Made by a program: the position numbers and the translations under genes. The notes beneath the pieces are model-generated. The model was not told the origin of the DNA and ran no database searches. It saw only the letters and a list, made by a program, of their open reading frames with translations. From Nemertoderma westbladi (lineage: Eukaryota; Animalia; Xenacoelomorpha), in assembly GCA_032718475.1 (NCBI GenBank), contig JAUCBJ010001416.1, positions 1 to 64,000 on the forward strand: a stretch of DNA of 64,000 nt, read 5' to 3'. Shown here piece by piece: positions 58,676 through 64,000 of this stretch; the first letter of the stretch is position 1, and each line of letters opens with the position of its first letter.

Positions 58676-59252
58676 ACTACTACTACTACTACTAGGATAC
58701 TAGGACTACTACTGCATTGCAGCTGCATTTTTAAGAAAGCTGTGCCGGCTTTTCGACAAAATTGCGCCGCCACAACTCACTATCACCCATGACATTTGCT
58801 AGATCATCCGCATCTTCAAGGCCAGTGTCCTTTAAGATGCGTCTCAAGAAAGTCATGGGCTGTCCACCATGCTTATTCACTCCATGAGGCTGCCAAAGTA
58901 CTAGATTATGCACTGGCTGGTCCTCAAGGTGAAAGCAATGTCCTGCAAAGCGGAGGCGATTTTGTTCTAGTGTCAAGCTTGGTAGAACCAATGCGACACC
59001 TCCAATGTTATATAGTGTCTGGTTGGAGATGTGTGCATTGTACCTAACACAATGAACCCGGCGTAGCATTGTTGTGAATGTGCCATCCAGAGATTTGGTG
59101 TCCTCAGCAGTTAGAGCCCAGCATGGACTCCTATAGAGGAGTACTGGAACTACTGCTGCTCTAAATAGTCGGACCTTAAGTTTCCGATTAATTCTCGGTA
59201 ACTTCCAAATCCTGGGAAGCCTATTCAAGGCTGCCCATGGCTTTCCCTTATG
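58676..59252 (-). mobile_element. RTE 3' fragment (same family as 47925-50132)
   Basis: ORF 58731-59228 matches the C-terminus of the 47970 ORF; (TAG)n tail. Confidence 0.9.
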
Positions 59253-59322
59253 TAGCTCGTACTGAAGCGCGTCAGGCAGTTAAAGTAGATGAAATCATTA
59301 ATTTTAATGGAAATGAGTTAAA

Positions 59323-61149
59323 ATGGCTTCCATTAGAGACCCGCTACCCAATAGCGAGAAGCTGCGCTTCTTAATAGATTGTTTGGAAGCTTATCCGAAA
59401 AAATTAGCGCAAAGTTATATCGGACACCCACAGGGATTGGTAGAATTATGGAAACTGTTACATGTCAGGTACGGAGATGAAGCTTCAATAGCCCAATATC
59501 TGTATCAAAAGGTGGTCAATGGTAAACGTGTGATAACTATGGAAATGATTGAATTTGTTGACGAGATTAAGGAAATCTGTAGACAACTAGATGGGTTGGA
59601 TAAACACGATATGCAGGAGTTCTATACGGACGAGTTCTCTATGGACGAGGAAAGTTGCAATAATGTAGTGGTCTGCACAGGCATCACGTATGATCCACCA
59701 TTACGCCCAGAACAGTCGATTAACAGTGACATATCATTAAAGATCTCTGACCCAAAATCGCTCGGTGTTAGAGAATTCCCCGTTTTACAAGTTCGACTAC
59801 ACTGTAACAACCGTAGCGTCATCGTAAACGCCCTGATGGATACAGGAAGTTCTGGATCCTTCATTGATCATCACCTTGCAGAGGAGTTATTTAGCAAGGC
59901 GGATGGACATAGAATGATATTAAATCTATCCGGCGTAATGCAAACCTGGCAATCAGTTATACAAACTCGTTATTACAAAATTTCTTTATCTGACCCCGGT
60001 GATATAAATGAAATATGTAAATTATACAACATCAACGTGGTTGCGATTAATAACTTTACCGATAGTCAAGCACCTGTGTATAACTGGGACAACGATGACT
60101 TTGTGAAACGTAATAACATCCCGCGATATAAACTCGATCGACCCTGAGTTCGATTATTAATCGGCCAGAACGCGTCAGAGGCCCTGGAAATTTTACAAAA
60201 ACTTCCTAGTTCGCCTCTGCCTTTAACCGCTGGCAGAACCAGAATCGGTTGGTTCTGCACTGGCCCATCGACAAAGACTTTAAATGAAAGAATGTCCAGT
60301 AAGAGCATATCAACTAACCACATTCATTCAGAAAACATATCGACCAATTACTTCCATTCTCCTAAACCCGGTTATATTGTGGAAGCGGGGGAATTCGCGG
60401 TGGGAGGACCCGATTTTGGGACAAAGTTTTCAAAATTTTGCGGTGAATCCAGTAAACCCAGCGACAACAATCAACCGACACCCCGACTTAATACGGACGA
60501 ATATGGAGAACCCATTGATTAAGTAAACAAATCGGACTGCCCAAACTCAGACCCACCTTTGAGTATTCACTCCCGGACTGAAGCTGTCCGAGACACCTCC
60601 CGATTATTTCAAAGTCAATCAGACTTACCTAATACTAAAGTAAGTCTACCCCCACTGATAGCCCGCGCCATGAACCATTATAGCTCATGGGATAAATTAT
60701 GTAGGGCTATAACTATTCTGAAACAAATTTTCCATTATAGATATAGTACTAATAATATACCTGTAGTAGGCTTGTCTCACTCTGAAGTTGATAAATCTAA
60801 TTTAAAACTGTTACGACTTTCACAGAAACTTGAGAGACCTGAGGAATATCATCAACTCAGTGTCGATCCTTTGACTCCATTGTCGGATAAATTCTCAGGT
60901 ACTATGATCAATGGATTAATTCGTGTTGGAGGTTATCTTACCAACGCTCCTATTTCTAGAGACACTACGTTCCCAATATTAATATTCGATCCCGAGATTC
61001 AAAGAAAGTTGATACACGACATCCACTTTGGACTACATCACGCCGGGAGAGAACATATATTAAGAGAGATAGGGATGCGTTACTGTTTTGACGTCCCTCG
61101 TGCGGCTCTGGGCCGGACATTACAGAGTTGTATACCATGCTGAGGGATT
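59323..61149 (+). pseudogene. Degenerate BEL/Pao element: Gag, protease and pre-integrase region, RT/RNase H absent
   Basis: EKLRFLIDCL..LHVRYG Gag, ALMDTGSSGSFI protease, GLIRVGG..HFGLHHAG..CIPC; truncated by an LTR at 61150. Confidence 0.75.
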
Positions 61150-61760
61150 TGTGGCGGACCAGTGATGTGACGGGATGAAGGGATCCCGACCGGTTAATCA
61201 GACTACGCGTCACCGTGGTATTGAGGTAGAAAAATAAGAGTTCGTTGTTATCTCTTTGATGCTCGGTAATTAATATCAATAAATGAATAATTGAATGATA
61301 GCACAGTTGATGACAGTGAAAGAAAAGTATCGTATGCCGGTAGGTGTGGATATATTGGTGATGGTGACGGTGAAGGATGTCACCGGTCTGCACTCAAGCT
61401 GATGACTGAAATAACTCAACCGGTAATTAAATGCATTGACAATATATGTAATCATTTCTACGCTACTGTGGCCTTTCATCCAGTGGCTGTTCTCCCCCGC
61501 CCCTATTGGCTGATAATCTACTTCAGGCCTCTCACCTCTCTGGGAGTGCTTCCCCCCCTGTTGGCCCCTGTTGGTTATTTTCCCTCCTGAGGTGGTTTGA
61601 CCTCTAACCTCCCTTTGTGTGGCTTTGGGGTTTGTGTTGTCCCCGGTTATTGGTTGTGATACGACATTGGTTATTGCCAATCTCGTACCTCCAATATATT
61701 ACTGAAAATGTGCCACTTCCTATTTATGAGGGCAATGCAGTGGAACTGAATCTGCTTACA
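61150..61760 (-). repeat. 3' LTR of a minus-strand Gypsy-like element
   Basis: TGT...ACA bounded, 611 bp, adjacent to CTCCCCCCCCCCTT (PPT on minus strand, 61761-61774). Confidence 0.8.
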
Positions 61761-62211
61761 CTCCCCCCCCCCTTGCTATCTTCCCGGTGAGAAGATAGCA
61801 TCACCCATAAGTGCGCTTCAATTCCGCTGGAGCCCGATCTACTATCGGGTGTGGGGTGGAGTTCTTTTCTTGGAGTCGGCTTTTCGGGCCGCTCCCCCTG
61901 GGTATGATGTTACTACCCCCTCTTGGTGCAACCGCAACCTATGTTGCACCAAGACATCTGGCGTCTCGGTTCGAGACGATTGTGGACTCTTCTCACACAA
62001 TTTTGTATCTCCACTCTACTCTAAACTGACTCTAACTTCTCTAGTTCCACTCTAACTCCACTCTACTTTCGGACCTCTTTGTCCCTCACTCTGCCTCTTA
62101 CTCCTCGCCCCCCACATTTGAATTGCACCCGTATTCTCTCCACACGCGTCAACACCACCTCTCACTATCTCCCCTGCGCTCCTGTACTCAACCCTTACTC
62201 ACTTCCGAGTC

Positions 62212-63993
62212 CTACTTCGCTCCTCCCGTCTTTGGGAACCATCTCAGTTCCTTCCCTCTGTTGTCGTCCTGTCTCGGTTGCTTCCTGGTTGTCGCCGCTC
62301 CCTTGCTCTTGTCCTCCTTAAGGTTCCTCATCCTTGCCGTTACTTCCCTACTGATTCCCGTGGTCGATTCCTTGGGTGCTGGTGTTATTAGATCCCGGTA
62401 TCGCTTCGCAGGTTGCGCCTCCGAATGCCCCTGCTGCTTTCCCCTAGTAGCGTCCCATAAGATCACCTTCATGGCCCGCGGCACATGCTCCGCCAGGAAA
62501 TCTCTGAACTCTCCCCGGTTCTCTGGCGCCCATCTATCTAAATACCTCTGTGTATTCATCACTCCAGCATACAATGCCACCGTTGCTACTTCTTGATAAG
62601 GGAAGTCTCCGTTTAATGATTTCCAGGTGGGCCTCCTGGTTAATATTGAAGAAACCCCACCGGAATTCCTGGGCCTTCATTCGCTGCCGCGTCATGAAGC
62701 TGACATCGGCCCACTCTTTGAAGATCTTAAACTTATCCTCGTCATCCATCCAGTCGCACTGGCGTCCATAGCGCCCCCGGAAGTTACACTTAGAACACCG
62801 GTTGTGGAACCGTGGACACGCCCCCATCCTGTGGCTCGACTCGCGGCAGTAGAGGCAGCTCGTCCCCTTCTGGAATCGATACAAGCAGCTCTTTTCCTGG
62901 TGAGTAAGCCTCCCGCAGTAATCGCAGCCGAGTATCAACGCGTCCCGCCCCAAGTCGTCCTTTGCCCCAAGCGATCTCCTCGCTCTATGGAGCCACTGAT
63001 AAGCAAACTTCTGGACGTTAACGTCTCTGTACATATCTATGTCCTCGTCTCGCCTCGGCATCGTCTCTCCGAACACTACCCGTGGTGCCGTTCCCGGTTG
63101 CTCGCCCAACCTGATGCTGCTCCCTGCGAAATCCATTGCCGGCTCCTCATGCACCCAGGCCCGCTAGCCGGGTTTATCCCAGAAGGCCCACGCCCCACTG
63201 GCCGTCACCACTCTCCCGCCAACCCAGTCCCAGTCTGAGTGGCCAATCCTCTCGATGGGCGGTATCTCCCCAAACTCGTCGTCATCCTCGTCCTCCGCTG
63301 GGAGTAGATCCAAACCCGGTATCCCGGTAGACCCACTGTGTCCCTTCCCACCTTGGCTCTCGCCCGTAACTTTCCATCCTTACATTTACCCTGGTCTTTT
63401 CTTCGCGAAATCGCCCTCAGCTCCCGCTGGCATGAGCGTCGCCTGTAATCCTGATGTTGACTGCTTCGGCAATCCCTCCGTCCACCTTAACTCTCGCCCC
63501 AGAGACTCGCCCAAGCTCCCTGATGCCCACTGCAAATCGTCCAAGGCCTGGGCCTCGAACCTGTAGCCCTCTCCTCTAGCTTCCCCTCTCTTTCGTCTGC
63601 CTCCCTCCTTTCTTGTCTGGCAATTTCTTCCAATTGCTTCTCCTCTAGTCTATCCACCTCCAGCTTCTCCCACCTCTGATATGGTGTGTCCACCTCCCTG
63701 TCTACTAGATATCAGCTGTTGTAGTATACCGACTCGCCCTTCAGCCCCGGGTGGTCTGCCAGACCCTCAAAGGCCACTTTGAAGGCTCTTCTGTAGTTCA
63801 GGGGTAATCCCGACAGCAGAAACGCTGTTGGCTCTCTTCCGATAACCACAGCCATGAATAGGTTTAGTAAACCTATCATTATCCAATCCTCCTGCAGGAT
63901 GTATTGCTTCTGATATATCTTTATCTCTCCTCTCCGGAATTGATACACCTCCTGTTTTCCCGGCCTCGCTCCCCACTTCAGTGAGTTCGCCAA
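62212..63993 (-). pseudogene. Internal region of LTR element: broken ORF(s) with coiled-coil and triple CCHC-like zinc knuckles
   Basis: Successive minus ORFs in GC-richer DNA; CDYCGRLTHQEKSC, CLYCRESSHRMGAC, CSKCNFRGRYGRQC in 62534-63154. Confidence 0.6.
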
Positions 63994-64000
63994 CTCCGCT

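Overview
AT-rich, repeat-dense eukaryotic DNA, most likely from an invertebrate animal, made almost entirely of mobile elements. It opens with an intact BEL/Pao gag-pol ORF and its 3' LTR (1-7030). The main object is a 13.9-kb palindromic Maverick/Polinton (adintovirus-like) element at 8526-22386. It has two inverted ~6.2-6.7-kb arms, each starting at an AGTAGT-type terminus and encoding an orphan, a RING protein, a packaging ATPase, a PW-like core protein, an integrase and two tandem pentons. pPolB, major capsid and protease genes are absent, an RTE fragment sits in the central spacer, and poly-C flanks both ends. Next come a decayed THAP/P-type transposase, an ISL2EU-type element carrying a spliced SWIM-YqaJ gene, and a piggyBac-type MITE. 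An intronless membrane-anchored fibrinogen-domain host gene is split in frame by a 7.55-kb nested insertion containing a 31-bp satellite. The remainder holds a Penelope-type hammerhead, Helitron/LINE/SINE fragments, a Mutator-like foldback with an RTE insertion flanked by a 638-bp duplication, a deleted Harbinger, a G-rich 21-bp minisatellite, a BEL remnant and the 3' end of a Gypsy-like LTR element. Tc1/mariner-type TACWGTA footprints occur throughout. All family assignments come from motif recognition by eye; no database searches were run.
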